48,689 nucleotides of DNA from a virus: IMG/VR virus record IMGVR_UViG_3300045988_074363. The stretch is one strand, 5' to 3'. Numbering within the stretch: the stretch's first letter is position 1; the number at the start of each line of letters is the position of its first letter. This document shows positions 24,683 through 33,495 of the stretch, one piece after another. The position numbers and the translations under genes are program-made. The notes beneath the pieces are model-generated. The model ran no database searches. It saw nothing but the letters and a program-made list of their open reading frames with translations, and had not been told where the DNA came from.

Positions 24683-25033
24683 TTACTTCAAAAAGATACC
24701 GATGTTGCGCAGGGCCGCTTCAATGTCTGCGGCGGTAACGCCGTCAGGCAAAGCCAGCCCCTCCGCGAAAAACTCACCCGTCAGGTAGATCACCGCGTCC
24801 TCGCCCTTGGCGGCGTCCTCGGCGGCAATGCCGTACAGGCCGGTCACATTCAGCGCGTGGGTGCCGTCCACGGCGGCAAGGGGCTTCACCTTGTCGTCAG
24901 CCAGCAGCACAAGGTTGTGCGCGGTCACGGCCTCGTCGGCCTCCTTGGCGGCGGTCACAATGCCCACCGTGGTGCCCGCAATAAAATAGTCTGGCGTGGT
25001 GGAATAGGTCTTTTTCGCCAAATCCATGCTCAT
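24683..25033 (-). CDS. Head decoration protein (lambda gpD-like)
   Basis: 116 aa. The pattern ...YFIAG...G....LVLL.......PL...........GIAAEDAA.GEDAVIYLTGEF, and the gene's position before the capsid gene. Confidence 0.8.
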   Translation of the reverse strand: MSMDLAKKTYSTTPDYFIAGTTVGIVTAAKEADEAVTAHNLVLLADDKVKPLAAVDGTHALNVTGLYGIAAEDAAKGEDAVIYLTGEFFAEGLALPDGVTAADIEAALRNIGIFLK

Positions 25034-25047
25034 AGTCTTATCCTCCC

Positions 25048-26172
25048 TTACTGCTTCTTGCCAAGGCCCTTGATTGCGTCCATGAACTCGTCGGGCTTCT
25101 CACCGCCGGTTGGGGCGGGGGCACTGCCCACGCTGTTCACGCCGCTGGCGTTTGCGCCCTGCTGCATGGTGTTCAGCCAAGCCGCGCCCTGCTCCTTGGC
25201 GTTCTTCATGGCGGCCTTGGCATAGTCGCTGGCGCTCATGGGCTTATCGTACTTGGCCTCGTTGGTGATCTGCTCACTGCCGGGCAGGGCCATTTCTTCG
25301 ATGTCGCGGATACGCTGCCGCTCCGCATTGGTAGCCCGCAGCGCCGCCGCCTGTTCGATCTGGTCAACCAGCGCGGGGTAAGCGCCGCGCAGCTCGTCCA
25401 CGGTCTTGATCTCGTTTGCCATGTTCGTGTCCTCCTTATGGCTGTTGTCTCCCGGCTGTTCCGCCGGGGTCGGTGTATTTACAAAACCGCTGGCGGCGGG
25501 GGCTGCTGCCACGCTGTTCTGTACAAATTTAGGTGCCTTATTAAAAGGCAGGTTCATGTTTACGCTGTTCACAAACAGCAGGCCGCCCCGGTTCTCCACA
25601 ACGGTTTTCTCTCCGTCGTCCACCAGCTCGTCCACAAAGCCGTTGGTCTTAGCCTCCTCGCCTGTCCACCAGCTTGTAGCATCCATCCACGCGGCCACTT
25701 CATCCTTTTCCCGGCCCGTCTTTTTGGTGTACAGGTTCAGGATATTTTCGCGTATGGTATTCAGCGCACCAATGTACTGCTGCAGGGTCACGGCGTCGGC
25801 AAAATCAAAAATGCCCATCCGTACCGGGTGTATCATGTAGGTGCTGTCATTGGCTGCCACCACCTTGTCGCAGTGGCAGGCAATGATCGTGGCGGCGCTG
25901 GCACACAGCCCGTCAATGCGGGCCGTTACCTGCGCGGTGTGCTGTTCCAGCAAATTGCCAATGGTCTGTGCAGCAAACACATCACCTCCGCCGGAATTGA
26001 TACGCACTGTCAAGCTCGTCAGCGCCCCCAGTGCGTTCAGCTCGTCGGCAAAGGTCTTGGGGGTCACTTCGTCGCCCCACCAACTGCTGTCCGAAATATC
26101 GCCGTACAGCAGCAGTTCCGCGCTGCCTGCCGCTTGGTTTCTAAACTGCCAAAACTTCTTAGGCATGGTCAT
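25048..26172 (-). CDS. Head maturation protease (ClpP/S49-like) fused to a scaffold-like C-terminus
   Basis: LLLYGDISDSSWWGDEVT...INSGGGDVFAAQTIGNLL...ASAATIIA is a Clp/S49 fold. The C-terminal half is helical and acidic. An alternative ATG lies at 26166. Confidence 0.85.
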   Translation of the reverse strand: MTMPKKFWQFRNQAAGSAELLLYGDISDSSWWGDEVTPKTFADELNALGALTSLTVRINSGGGDVFAAQTIGNLLEQHTAQVTARIDGLCASAATIIACHCDKVVAANDSTYMIHPVRMGIFDFADAVTLQQYIGALNTIRENILNLYTKKTGREKDEVAAWMDATSWWTGEEAKTNGFVDELVDDGEKTVVENRGGLLFVNSVNMNLPFNKAPKFVQNSVAAAPAASGFVNTPTPAEQPGDNSHKEDTNMANEIKTVDELRGAYPALVDQIEQAAALRATNAERQRIRDIEEMALPGSEQITNEAKYDKPMSASDYAKAAMKNAKEQGAAWLNTMQQGANASGVNSVGSAPAPTGGEKPDEFMDAIKGLGKKQ

Positions 26173-27779
26173 TCCTCCTGTTGCCCGCCGGGCGGCTTGG
26201 CCTGCGGGTTTGTGATCTCGTCAACCTCCCGCTTGCGCTTGGCTTCGATCACGCGCTGGCGGATATTGCGGCTGTAGTCGCCGCCGGTCATGGTGGCGGT
26301 TTCCTCCTGCGCCGTGCTGAATCCGGCGTCCACACGCTTCACAGCGGCGTCCACCTCCTGCACGGGATTCAGGTTGGTACGGGCCGGGCCGTTCCACACG
26401 CAGGCGGTGTATGCCTTGCGGATTGCCGGGTCAGCAAAAAAGCCCGGTGCCGCAATGCGGCCCCGCGCCACTGCCTCGGCAAACCATTCCTCGTAGATCG
26501 GCTGGCAAAAATCATCGGTGAACCAATCACGCTGCATACTGCAACTGCGCCAAAACTCGTTCAGCGCACCACGCGCCGCGCTGTAACTCGTCGTAAACTG
26601 TTTGAACAGTACCTCCGGCGGGATTTCCAGCGCCGCGCCGATCTGCCGTATCAGCGCATTGGTAAAGGCGTCATACCCGGTGTTCGGGTGCTTGGGGTCT
26701 GCAAACTGCACATCCTCGCCGGGGTTCAAGCTCAAAATAGCGCCGGGGCCAAGTTCAATGCTGCTTTGGTCTTGCGCGTCAATCAGCATATCCGGCGGCA
26801 GCATTTCACCAAACGGGCGGGCATCGCTTGCCACGCTCTGCTTCACAAACACGGTAAACATGGCACTAAGCACCGCTGCCGTGATTTCGGCGTCCGTGTA
26901 GCGGCCCAACTGTTTCAGGGCTTCCAGCACCGGGGCCAGCATAGGCACACCGCGCCGCTGTCCGGCCCGCTCCCGGTTCATCACATGGAGTACATTCCGC
27001 CGCCCGGTGGTCTTGGTGTAGGCTTCAACCCGCGTCCAGTGCGGCCCGCCGCTGGTGTAGGCGTTGCTTGCCAGCGGGTGGCGGTCACATACCCAGTAGG
27101 CTATCACCATGCCGTCGGCGTCCGTTTCCACGCCCTGCACAATGCAATGCACATCATGGCCCTGCACCGTGCAGGGCACCAGCCGGTCAAAGCCGTCCGG
27201 GCTGCAAACCCGGTCAGCCTCCACCAGCCTCACCCGTAGGCTGTACGGCTGCCCGGTCTGCTCCTTGGTGGGCAGCAGCACAATGGCGTCACCATTCATG
27301 GCATAGCTCAAAAAGGTTAGCTGCTGCAGCTTGTAAAAGTTGTCCATCCGGTCAGCGTCGCACACCGGCGTGTCCGCCCAAAGGGCAAACTCTCGCACGA
27401 TCTGCGCTTGCAGCTTTTCGGCGTCCTCCGGGGTCAGCCCCAAAAACTCCGCGTCGATCTGCGGCGCGGGCATAAGTCCGCCTGCAATCACATTCGTGCG
27501 CATGGTTTTCAGCGCGGCGCTGGCCGTGGGGATTCCCATGTAGGCGTCGCGGCTGCGCTGGCGCAGTATGTCGATATTGTCCTCAATATCTTCCTTGGCG
27601 CTGCCGCCGTAAAACTCCCACCCGCGCATAGATTTCTTGGTCAGGTTCGCCCCGTAGTTGCCGTACCCGCTGTCAATAATTTTCAGCGCGGCGCGGGCGG
27701 CTGCCCGCTTGGCGGCGTGTACCGGGGCCACGGCGGCCACGGCTCTGTCAAATACATTCACGGTGTCGCCCTCCCTCAC
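26169..27779 (-). CDS. Portal protein, lambda gpB family
   Basis: About 530 aa following a gpW-like gene. GTG at 27779 overlaps the upstream stop. An alternative GTG at 27761 has a GAGGGAGGG RBS. Confidence 0.9.
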   Translation of the reverse strand: MREGDTVNVFDRAVAAVAPVHAAKRAAARAALKIIDSGYGNYGANLTKKSMRGWEFYGGSAKEDIEDNIDILRQRSRDAYMGIPTASAALKTMRTNVIAGGLMPAPQIDAEFLGLTPEDAEKLQAQIVREFALWADTPVCDADRMDNFYKLQQLTFLSYAMNGDAIVLLPTKEQTGQPYSLRVRLVEADRVCSPDGFDRLVPCTVQGHDVHCIVQGVETDADGMVIAYWVCDRHPLASNAYTSGGPHWTRVEAYTKTTGRRNVLHVMNRERAGQRRGVPMLAPVLEALKQLGRYTDAEITAAVLSAMFTVFVKQSVASDARPFGEMLPPDMLIDAQDQSSIELGPGAILSLNPGEDVQFADPKHPNTGYDAFTNALIRQIGAALEIPPEVLFKQFTTSYSAARGALNEFWRSCSMQRDWFTDDFCQPIYEEWFAEAVARGRIAAPGFFADPAIRKAYTACVWNGPARTNLNPVQEVDAAVKRVDAGFSTAQEETATMTGGDYSRNIRQRVIEAKRKREVDEITNPQAKPPGGQQEE

Positions 27780-28012
27780 ACATCACGGGCAACAAAGTGG
27801 TACAGGCGGTTGCGTCCGCCGCTCTTTTCCTCGGCCTCCGCCTCGGATAATTTTTGTGCCCAGTATTCCATTTCCTCGCGGATTTGTTTCAGGTCTGCCC
27901 GCGTCAACATTCTTGTGCCGATCTGATAGCTTTGCCCGGTGGCTACACTTTCCTCCGCCGCAAGCCATGTATTCAATTTCTGCTGGCACATTTCTTTTGA
28001 AAAAATAGCCAT
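27776..28012 (-). CDS. Head-tail joining protein, lambda gpW-like
   Basis: 78 aa. LNTWLAAEESVATGQSYQIGTRMLTRADLKQIREEMEYW matches the gpW family signature. TAATG overlap with TerL. Confidence 0.8.
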   Translation of the reverse strand: MAIFSKEMCQQKLNTWLAAEESVATGQSYQIGTRMLTRADLKQIREEMEYWAQKLSEAEAEEKSGGRNRLYHFVARDV

Positions 28013-29808
28013 TAAATACCTCCTGTAATGCGGCGGCGGCCTGCCCGCCGGGTTCTTTGCGCCATGCCCGGCTCCGGCTTTGCCAGCACGGGGTTGGCAA
28101 TTTCCAAAGCGGCAGTGGCATAGTTGCGCAGGTCAAGCGGCTCGTTGCGCTTGTACTTGCTGTCTTTCAGCTCCCACACGGTAACGCTGCGCCCCTTGCG
28201 GAACCGCACCACCATCTTCTCACTGGTTAGGCCCTTAAAGTAGGTTTCATCGTACCCGGCCTCCTCGTTCGCGGGGAAGTGGCAGTAGTTCGGCCCCTTG
28301 GTGCTATGCCGCAACCGCTGGTATAACAGCGCCTTGCCCGCGTCCACACCGATGATGAACAGCGGCGTTTTCACACGGTTGTTGGTGGTGGGGTTGCGGA
28401 TGTACGGCACCTCGGCACCGCCCTTGCCCTTGATCGCCCACACGCCGCGCTCGTACCGTTCCTTGGTAAAGCGGTACACTTGGTCGGTGTGGTGGCCGCC
28501 GCTGTCAATGCAGCAGCTTATAATGCGCAGCGCGGTTCCATCCTTTTTGCACCACACGGTTTGCAAAAAGGCGTCCAAGTCCTCCCATACCTGTTCTTTC
28601 AGCATATCGCCGTAAATCTTCTGGTATCGGATTCCCCAGCTTTCCTTGCCAACGCCCCAACCCACGATCTCAACCTCAAAACGGTCATCCTGCACATCCA
28701 CACCGGCGGTAAGCACAAGCACTTCTTCGGGCACCACCGCGTCGTAAATCTCGCGGCGGTTGTACAGTTCGGTGTCCTCCACCTGTTCGCCCCGCTCCTC
28801 CCAAGTTTCGCCCAGCTCGGTATTTACCCAAACTTTCATGCCCTCCGGGTTTCCTTGGTCAAGCTGTTCTTTCGCCACTATGAATTTTTGCACGATCTCT
28901 TTCCACCCGCAAAAGGTGGAGGCAAGCGTGTTCAGGTGGAACCCCCGCGTTTCTGCGCCGGGGTTTTCAGGCACAAAGCGGCCCTGCTGGCTCTGCTGTT
29001 TCCAGCGGTATTCGTTCGCCACGCACCCGCAGCGTTCGCATTTGTAAACGATCTCTTTTTGCAAATCGTCCGGGTCAAAGATCAGGTTTGCCCACACAAA
29101 GGGCTGGTAGTGCCCGCACTCCGGGCACGGCACATTCCATTCCTCGCGGGTGGATTGGTTGTACTCGGTTTCAATGCGGCTGTGCCCCTTGATAACCGGG
29201 GTCGATACCATAACCGTTTTCTTATCCCAAAATGTCGTTTGGCGCTTTTGGGCAAGGCTCAACGGGTCGCCCTCGGTTCCGGCGCTGCCGGGGTAGCGGT
29301 CTACCTCGTCGGCCAGCAGCACTTTAATAGGGCGGCTGGCAAGGCCGGTGGCGCTGTTCGCGCCCACTATGGTGATATGCCCGCCGGGGAAATTCTTTTT
29401 CAAGATCGTGTTCCCGGCGTATCGGCTTTTCACATCCACCAGCCCGCGCAGCACCGGCGTGTCGCGTATCATCGGGGCAAGGCGGTCTTTGCTGAATGTC
29501 TGCCCCATGTCCAAGGTCGGCTGCATAACCAAGATGGGCGCGGGGGCGTATGCCATAAAATAGCCAAGGATATTCAACAGCAGTTCGGTCTTGCCCAACT
29601 GCGCCGCGCACATAATAACCACCCGCCGTATGTGTGGGTTGCCTATGGCGTCCATGATCTCCCGCTGGTACGGTGCCTTGTCGGTGTGCCACCGCCCCGG
29701 CTCGGCGCTGCTCTCCGCGCTCAACATACGGTAGCGGTCAGCCCATTGGGATAGTGTCAGTTCCGGGGGCGGTTTCAGCGTCGCCACACACCGCGCCAGC
29801 ATTTCCAT
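28012..29808 (-). CDS. Terminase large subunit, lambda GpA family
   Basis: 598 aa. LSQWADRYRMLSAESSAEPGRW..DKAPYQREIMDA, a Walker A-like motif AAQLGKTE, and a zinc ribbon (CPECGHYQ...YKCERCGC). Confidence 0.92.
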   Translation of the reverse strand: MEMLARCVATLKPPPELTLSQWADRYRMLSAESSAEPGRWHTDKAPYQREIMDAIGNPHIRRVVIMCAAQLGKTELLLNILGYFMAYAPAPILVMQPTLDMGQTFSKDRLAPMIRDTPVLRGLVDVKSRYAGNTILKKNFPGGHITIVGANSATGLASRPIKVLLADEVDRYPGSAGTEGDPLSLAQKRQTTFWDKKTVMVSTPVIKGHSRIETEYNQSTREEWNVPCPECGHYQPFVWANLIFDPDDLQKEIVYKCERCGCVANEYRWKQQSQQGRFVPENPGAETRGFHLNTLASTFCGWKEIVQKFIVAKEQLDQGNPEGMKVWVNTELGETWEERGEQVEDTELYNRREIYDAVVPEEVLVLTAGVDVQDDRFEVEIVGWGVGKESWGIRYQKIYGDMLKEQVWEDLDAFLQTVWCKKDGTALRIISCCIDSGGHHTDQVYRFTKERYERGVWAIKGKGGAEVPYIRNPTTNNRVKTPLFIIGVDAGKALLYQRLRHSTKGPNYCHFPANEEAGYDETYFKGLTSEKMVVRFRKGRSVTVWELKDSKYKRNEPLDLRNYATAALEIANPVLAKPEPGMAQRTRRAGRRRITGGI

Positions 29809-29951
29809 TGTCGCCTGCGGTATTTCCAGCAGCTTTTGCTTTTTTGCTACCCCACAGTCTGTCGTACTCCTTTCGCCTGCAATCCGGGAAAAAGCACAGG
29901 CCTCTTTCGTCGCCTGTCCAAATTCTCCACACGCACCCCGCGCAGGGGTCT

Positions 29952-30437
29952 TTATTTTTCTTCCGTCCTTTCATCGGCGGTGTCCTCCACAGCAAAGGCC
30001 ACGCGGTAGTCGCTCAATTCTTCCAGCGTTTCGTCGATGGCCTTTTTCATTTCGTCAAAAATAGCGGCTTGGTTTCCGTCCATAGCCGCCAGCGTAGGCG
30101 ATAGTTTGGCAGGCATAGCCAAAAACCGGCTGCGGATATTCAGGCACATGGTCTGTATGCCCTTTTCAATATCCTGCGTACTGTGCAAATCGCCCCGGCG
30201 CAGGTCGTTGTCCATTTCCGCCGCTTTCCGCTTTTCGGCGGTCAACTTCATGCGCTCGGTGTTCAGGCTCTCTTTTCCTGCTCCACCCAAATACTTGATG
30301 TACCGGGCCACGGTGGGTTGCAGCTCATACAGCCCCGGCCTTGCCTCCACGATCACGCCCTCGTCGCGTAACTGCCGCACCCGGCGTTCGGTCAGGCATA
30401 ACCACTGGGCAATAACCTTGCTGGTGTACAGTGTCAT
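29952..30437 (-). CDS. Nu1-like terminase small-subunit / DNA-binding packaging protein
   Basis: 161 aa. N-terminal winged-HTH (KVIAQWLCLTERRVRQLRDEGVIV), then a coiled coil, as in the Phage_Nu1 family. ATGA overlap with the upstream gene. Confidence 0.65.
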   Translation of the reverse strand: MTLYTSKVIAQWLCLTERRVRQLRDEGVIVEARPGLYELQPTVARYIKYLGGAGKESLNTERMKLTAEKRKAAEMDNDLRRGDLHSTQDIEKGIQTMCLNIRSRFLAMPAKLSPTLAAMDGNQAAIFDEMKKAIDETLEELSDYRVAFAVEDTADERTEEK

Positions 30438-31216
30438 TCCTCCGTGTCCTCCTCCAAAGGCGCGTCAAGATCATCTGCCGCCGTCCCGTCGGGGTCGGGC
30501 ACATCCACCGCGCCGGTGGCTCTCATGCGCAAAATTTCAAGCCGCTGCTTTTCCAGCGCCATGCGCCTGTCGCTCTCCTCCAAGGCCCGCAGGCTGTCCG
30601 CAATCTTGGCAATGCGGCCCTGCACCTTGTATAGCGCTTCCTGCAATTTCAGCACCCGGCTAAAGGCGCTGTCCTTGCTGTACATCCCCATGGTTTGGTT
30701 GGCACCGTCTTTTTTGTCCTTGCCCCGCCCGCCGGGGGTGCGCATATCCAAAAGGCTGCTCACAAACAGCGTGTCCTCCGGTTGGCTCTCATACTCGGCA
30801 ATTTTTGCCAGTATCTTGTGTTCGCGGAACTTCAAAATCTTCATTTCATGTTCCAGCGCCTCACGCCCGCCCAGCGGCACACTCTCGGTGATCTTCAATT
30901 CTTCGGCAGAAAGCATATCAAAAAAGACGGCGCTGTACGCTCCGTCTTTCTCTGCGTTCTTATTGCCGGGCGGCGCACCGTCGTGGCTGCCCGCCGCATT
31001 GCGCTTGCCCTTGCTGTTTTGGTTGCCCGGCTGCCCGCCGCGCTTTTTCTTGGGTAACGCTTCTTCCCACTTGTCCGCCGCTTTCCAGTTGCGCAGGGTT
31101 TGGTAACTCACACCCAGCTCCCCGGCCAGCGCCCGCAGGCTTACTTCCTCGCCCTTTTTCTTCTTGGCGATATATTCAGCCTTGGCGGTGTCGCGCTTCT
31201 CGCTCCGCTTCGGCAT
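30434..31216 (-). CDS. Terminase small subunit-like HTH protein
   Basis: ATG at 31216 with GGAGGTG RBS. N-terminal HTH (SLRALAGELGVSYQTLRNWK), then GQPGNQNS / GAPPGNKNA repeats common in Firmicute phage TerS proteins. Confidence 0.7.
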   Translation of the reverse strand: MPKRSEKRDTAKAEYIAKKKKGEEVSLRALAGELGVSYQTLRNWKAADKWEEALPKKKRGGQPGNQNSKGKRNAAGSHDGAPPGNKNAEKDGAYSAVFFDMLSAEELKITESVPLGGREALEHEMKILKFREHKILAKIAEYESQPEDTLFVSSLLDMRTPGGRGKDKKDGANQTMGMYSKDSAFSRVLKLQEALYKVQGRIAKIADSLRALEESDRRMALEKQRLEILRMRATGAVDVPDPDGTAADDLDAPLEEDTEE

Positions 31217-31351
31217 TTCACACCTCCAAAAAGTAAAGCCCGCCCCCGCCGGGCAGGCCCAAAACAAAAGGCCCGCAGCGTTCCCGCCACGAGCCTTTAT
31301 ATTTTCATGCTACTAATATACCACACAAAACCTGTCAAAGTTGCTAACTTT

Positions 31352-32542
31352 CTAAAAAAAATTTCTCGCCACCAAATAGTGCCATGCGCTTTGATAGGTC
31401 GCCGTCCGCTTGTTCAGCTTTGACCAGCCAAATTCAGGTATGTGCAAAATGTATTCCAACTGCTTTTTCGTTGGCACAAACCCGGCAAACTCCGGCGCGT
31501 CGCTCTCTATCGGTGCATGACCAAACGGATGCCCGGTTTCTTGGCAGTACACCGCATAGCAGAACATAGCCGGTTTCCGTTCGTCCGGCACTCCATCCCA
31601 AATACAGGTGATAACGGATTCCGGCTCTTGGAAGTGCGACACGCGCACCCGGTACTTCGTCGCCATGTTGAACAGGTAGCGCGGGCACTGGTGGTCGTTT
31701 TCATCTTCGTACCGTGTCAGCAGCGCCCCAACATCCGCCGCGTTCGCCAAATACGGGTAGGGTATCTCCGCCCCGTGCAGGTAGCCGTATTGCCCCTCCG
31801 ATGGAACAATGTCCATGATCTCAACCTTGAACGGCGGCACAAGCCCTAATTCCTGCGCGGCAGTCACCGCGTCGGTGTCGCTGATTGCATTTACCGTCAC
31901 GGTCTTTTTTCTGCTGGTGGGCTTGCCTGTCTTTTCGCTCACGCCCTCCAACTTCCCGGTCACACTATACGGGTACAGGTTTGTGTAGCCAACTCCCGTC
32001 GGCTGGCTGGCATAATCCCAGTAGATCGGAACCGTCTTGCCCTCCCGGTTTGTGCGGGAATATTCATAGCGCGGTATAGGTCTTTCCATCTGCGCATACC
32101 GCCCGGTGTGCAAGGCAAAGTAGATCATGTGCTTGCAGGGGGAATGACCTTTCTTAAAGTCCTCACACTCGCAGCTCGTCATGGTCACATGGTACACCTT
32201 CCCGCTGCTCTTGCTCAAAATATCCGCCGCCGCTTTCGCTTCGCCCTGCATGGTTATGATCTTAAAAGATTCCGTCCGTGCCCGCAAAAGCCGCGCCTCA
32301 TAATCCCGCCCCTCACAACGGCGCACTGCTGCCGTCGGCTGCGCCTGCGGCTTGATCGGGGAAGATGGTGCTTTAGGTTTTGCCGTTGGCGGTGCTGTCG
32401 TCGTGGCTGTGCCGCCGTCCTTGTTCTCACCAGATTTGCCTATCACGATCAGAACCCCCAGCACCGCCAGCGTGGGAATAGGCCACTTGAACAGCGCATA
32501 AATTCCCGCCATAACCATAAGCACCGTAAATACCACTGCCAT
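31352..32542 (-). CDS. Membrane-anchored SWIM zinc-finger protein
   Basis: ATG at 32542 (AAGGAG 7 nt upstream); the ORF track uses a TTG at 32548. Two N-terminal TM segments, a Pro/Thr/Ala linker, a CxCx(n)CxH SWIM motif (TSCECEDFKKGHSPCKHMIY), and a C-terminal domain of about 250 aa that I do not recognise. Confidence 0.8.
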   Translation of the reverse strand: MAVVFTVLMVMAGIYALFKWPIPTLAVLGVLIVIGKSGENKDGGTATTTAPPTAKPKAPSSPIKPQAQPTAAVRRCEGRDYEARLLRARTESFKIITMQGEAKAAADILSKSSGKVYHVTMTSCECEDFKKGHSPCKHMIYFALHTGRYAQMERPIPRYEYSRTNREGKTVPIYWDYASQPTGVGYTNLYPYSVTGKLEGVSEKTGKPTSRKKTVTVNAISDTDAVTAAQELGLVPPFKVEIMDIVPSEGQYGYLHGAEIPYPYLANAADVGALLTRYEDENDHQCPRYLFNMATKYRVRVSHFQEPESVITCIWDGVPDERKPAMFCYAVYCQETGHPFGHAPIESDAPEFAGFVPTKKQLEYILHIPEFGWSKLNKRTATYQSAWHYLVARNFF

Positions 32543-32590
32543 TGCCAAACTCCTTTTCTTTGAACACTCCTTGCGAAAATTTCAACCCAC

Positions 32591-32653
32591 TGTAAATCTT
32601 TCTTGCATTTTGATTTACTTTTTTATGATTTGTAAATCTTTATTACAAGATTA
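32591..32653. promoter_or_regulatory. Divergent intergenic control region with a repeated TGTAAATCTTT motif
   Basis: An exact 11-mer occurs at 32591-32601 and 32631-32641, plus the near-palindrome taaatctt-tatt-acaagatta. The spacer between the SWIM gene and the XRE gene is AT-rich. Confidence 0.45.
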
Positions 32654-32696
32654 AGCGTAAAAAATGCTATTGTCAAGTAAAGTGAGGTGAAAAGGT

Positions 32697-32945
32697 TTGA
32701 AGATTTATACATACGATGGCAAGGCCAATATCTCCGGCGATAGAATCCACCAAGCCCGCACCGCGCAGCGCCTCTCGCAAGATGCACTTGCCGCCAAACT
32801 CCAAGTGGCCGGTCTTGGCATAGGGCGCGAGGCGATCAGCCGCATAGAAACCGGCCTGCGCTTTGTAACCGATTATGAACTTGTCATATTTGCCCGCGTT
32901 CTCGGCGTAACCATTGAATGGCTCACCGGCGATATGCAGGATTAA
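32697..32945 (+). CDS. XRE-family (Cro/CI-type) HTH transcriptional regulator
   Basis: TTG start behind GAGGTGA. RIHQARTAQRLSQDALAAKLQVAGLGIGREAISRIETG is a canonical HTH_3 motif. Confidence 0.85.
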   Translation: MKIYTYDGKANISGDRIHQARTAQRLSQDALAAKLQVAGLGIGREAISRIETGLRFVTDYELVIFARVLGVTIEWLTGDMQD

Positions 32946-32947
32946 AA

Positions 32948-32984
32948 AAGGCTTGCACAAACCTGTGCTTGCCTTTATTTTTTT
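32948..32984 (+). terminator. Rho-independent terminator after the XRE gene
   Basis: aaggcttgcac / gtgcttgcctt stem with two central mismatches, followed by TATTTTTTT. Confidence 0.6.
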
Positions 32985-33179
32985 GCCCAATTTTATTTTT
33001 TGACCCCCCTCTACTTTTTCCGCCCGGCCCAAGGGGAAGTGAAAAAACGCCCTCATACCTACCCAACTTTTGCGCTCTCGAACCCGCAAAGCTAAATGTA
33101 CGCGCGCGCAGTACCTACCGCGCACAGGCGGGCGCGGGTGCGTACAGGCGCGTTTAGTAATTACCGCGCGGGCGGTATA

Positions 33180-33431
33180 ATGCGCGGGCGTTTAGAAACT
33201 GCGCAGGCGGCGCGTGCGGGCGTTCCGCTGGTGATCGTCGGCGCGGCGGCCTGCCGGGCGGCGGTGCTGGCCGCTGGTGTTCCGCCGGGTGTGGTGTGCT
33301 TGGGTGTGGGCGGTGTGCTGGCTGGTGGTGTTGGGGCTGGTGCTGGTGTGGCGGTGGTGTGGTGCTGGCTGGTGAGCTGCTGCCCGGTGCTGCTGGTGGT
33401 GGGCGGCCTGCTGGCTGGTTGGCTGGTGTAG
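33180..33431 (+). CDS. Possible small Gly/Val/Ala-rich membrane peptide. Coding status is uncertain.
   Basis: An open frame ends 10-20 nt before a strong terminator, and the product has 2-3 hydrophobic segments. However, there is no SD. The ATG overlaps a TATAAT box (33176-33181), and an in-frame GTG at 33231 is an alternative start. The sequence is a low-complexity GCTGGTG repeat. Confidence 0.35.
   Translation: MRGRLETAQAARAGVPLVIVGAAACRAAVLAAGVPPGVVCLGVGGVLAGGVGAGAGVAVVWCWLVSCCPVLLVVGGLLAGWLV
33227..33428 (+). repeat. GT-rich island: eight GCTGGTG heptamers, two of them exact GCTGGTGG octamers, all on the plus strand
   Basis: Heptamers start at 33227, 33273, 33321, 33336, 33342, 33368, 33392 and 33422. 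The octamers are at 33321-33328 and 33392-33399. Confidence 0.8.
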
Positions 33432-33440
33432 ATAGTGGGA

Positions 33441-33484
33441 AAAAGAAAAGCCCTTGCAGGCGGTGCGCTTGCAGGGGCTTTTGT
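33441..33484. terminator. Bidirectional rho-independent terminator
   Basis: An 11-bp stem gcccttgcagg / cttgcaggggc (two G-U pairs), flanked by an A-run upstream and TTTTG downstream. It lies between the converging 33180-33431 (+) and 33496-33717 (-) ORFs. Confidence 0.7.
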
Positions 33485-33495
33485 GCTGATCTGTT

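Noticed and set aside
29738-29995. An 85-aa minus-strand ORF in the Nu1-like/TerL gap.
   Set aside because: It overlaps both neighbours, has no RBS and has a Gly/Cys/Arg-rich composition. The gap more likely holds regulatory sequence.
31217-31351. A late promoter and cos site upstream of the small terminase (TTGACA at 31333-31338 on the minus strand, plus GC hairpins near 31225-31260).
   Set aside because: The -10 candidates are poor (TAGTAG at 17 nt, TATATT at only 12 nt). A cos site cannot be identified without end-sequence data. It is mentioned only as an expectation.
33096-33109. An identical 14-mer, atgtacgcgcgcgc (alternating CG, Z-DNA-prone), at 33096-33109 and 39264-39277.
   Set aside because: The second copy lies inside the end of the activator CDS (…ATRART stop). 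The match is mostly a low-complexity (CG)n run. I have no supporting context for a shared function.
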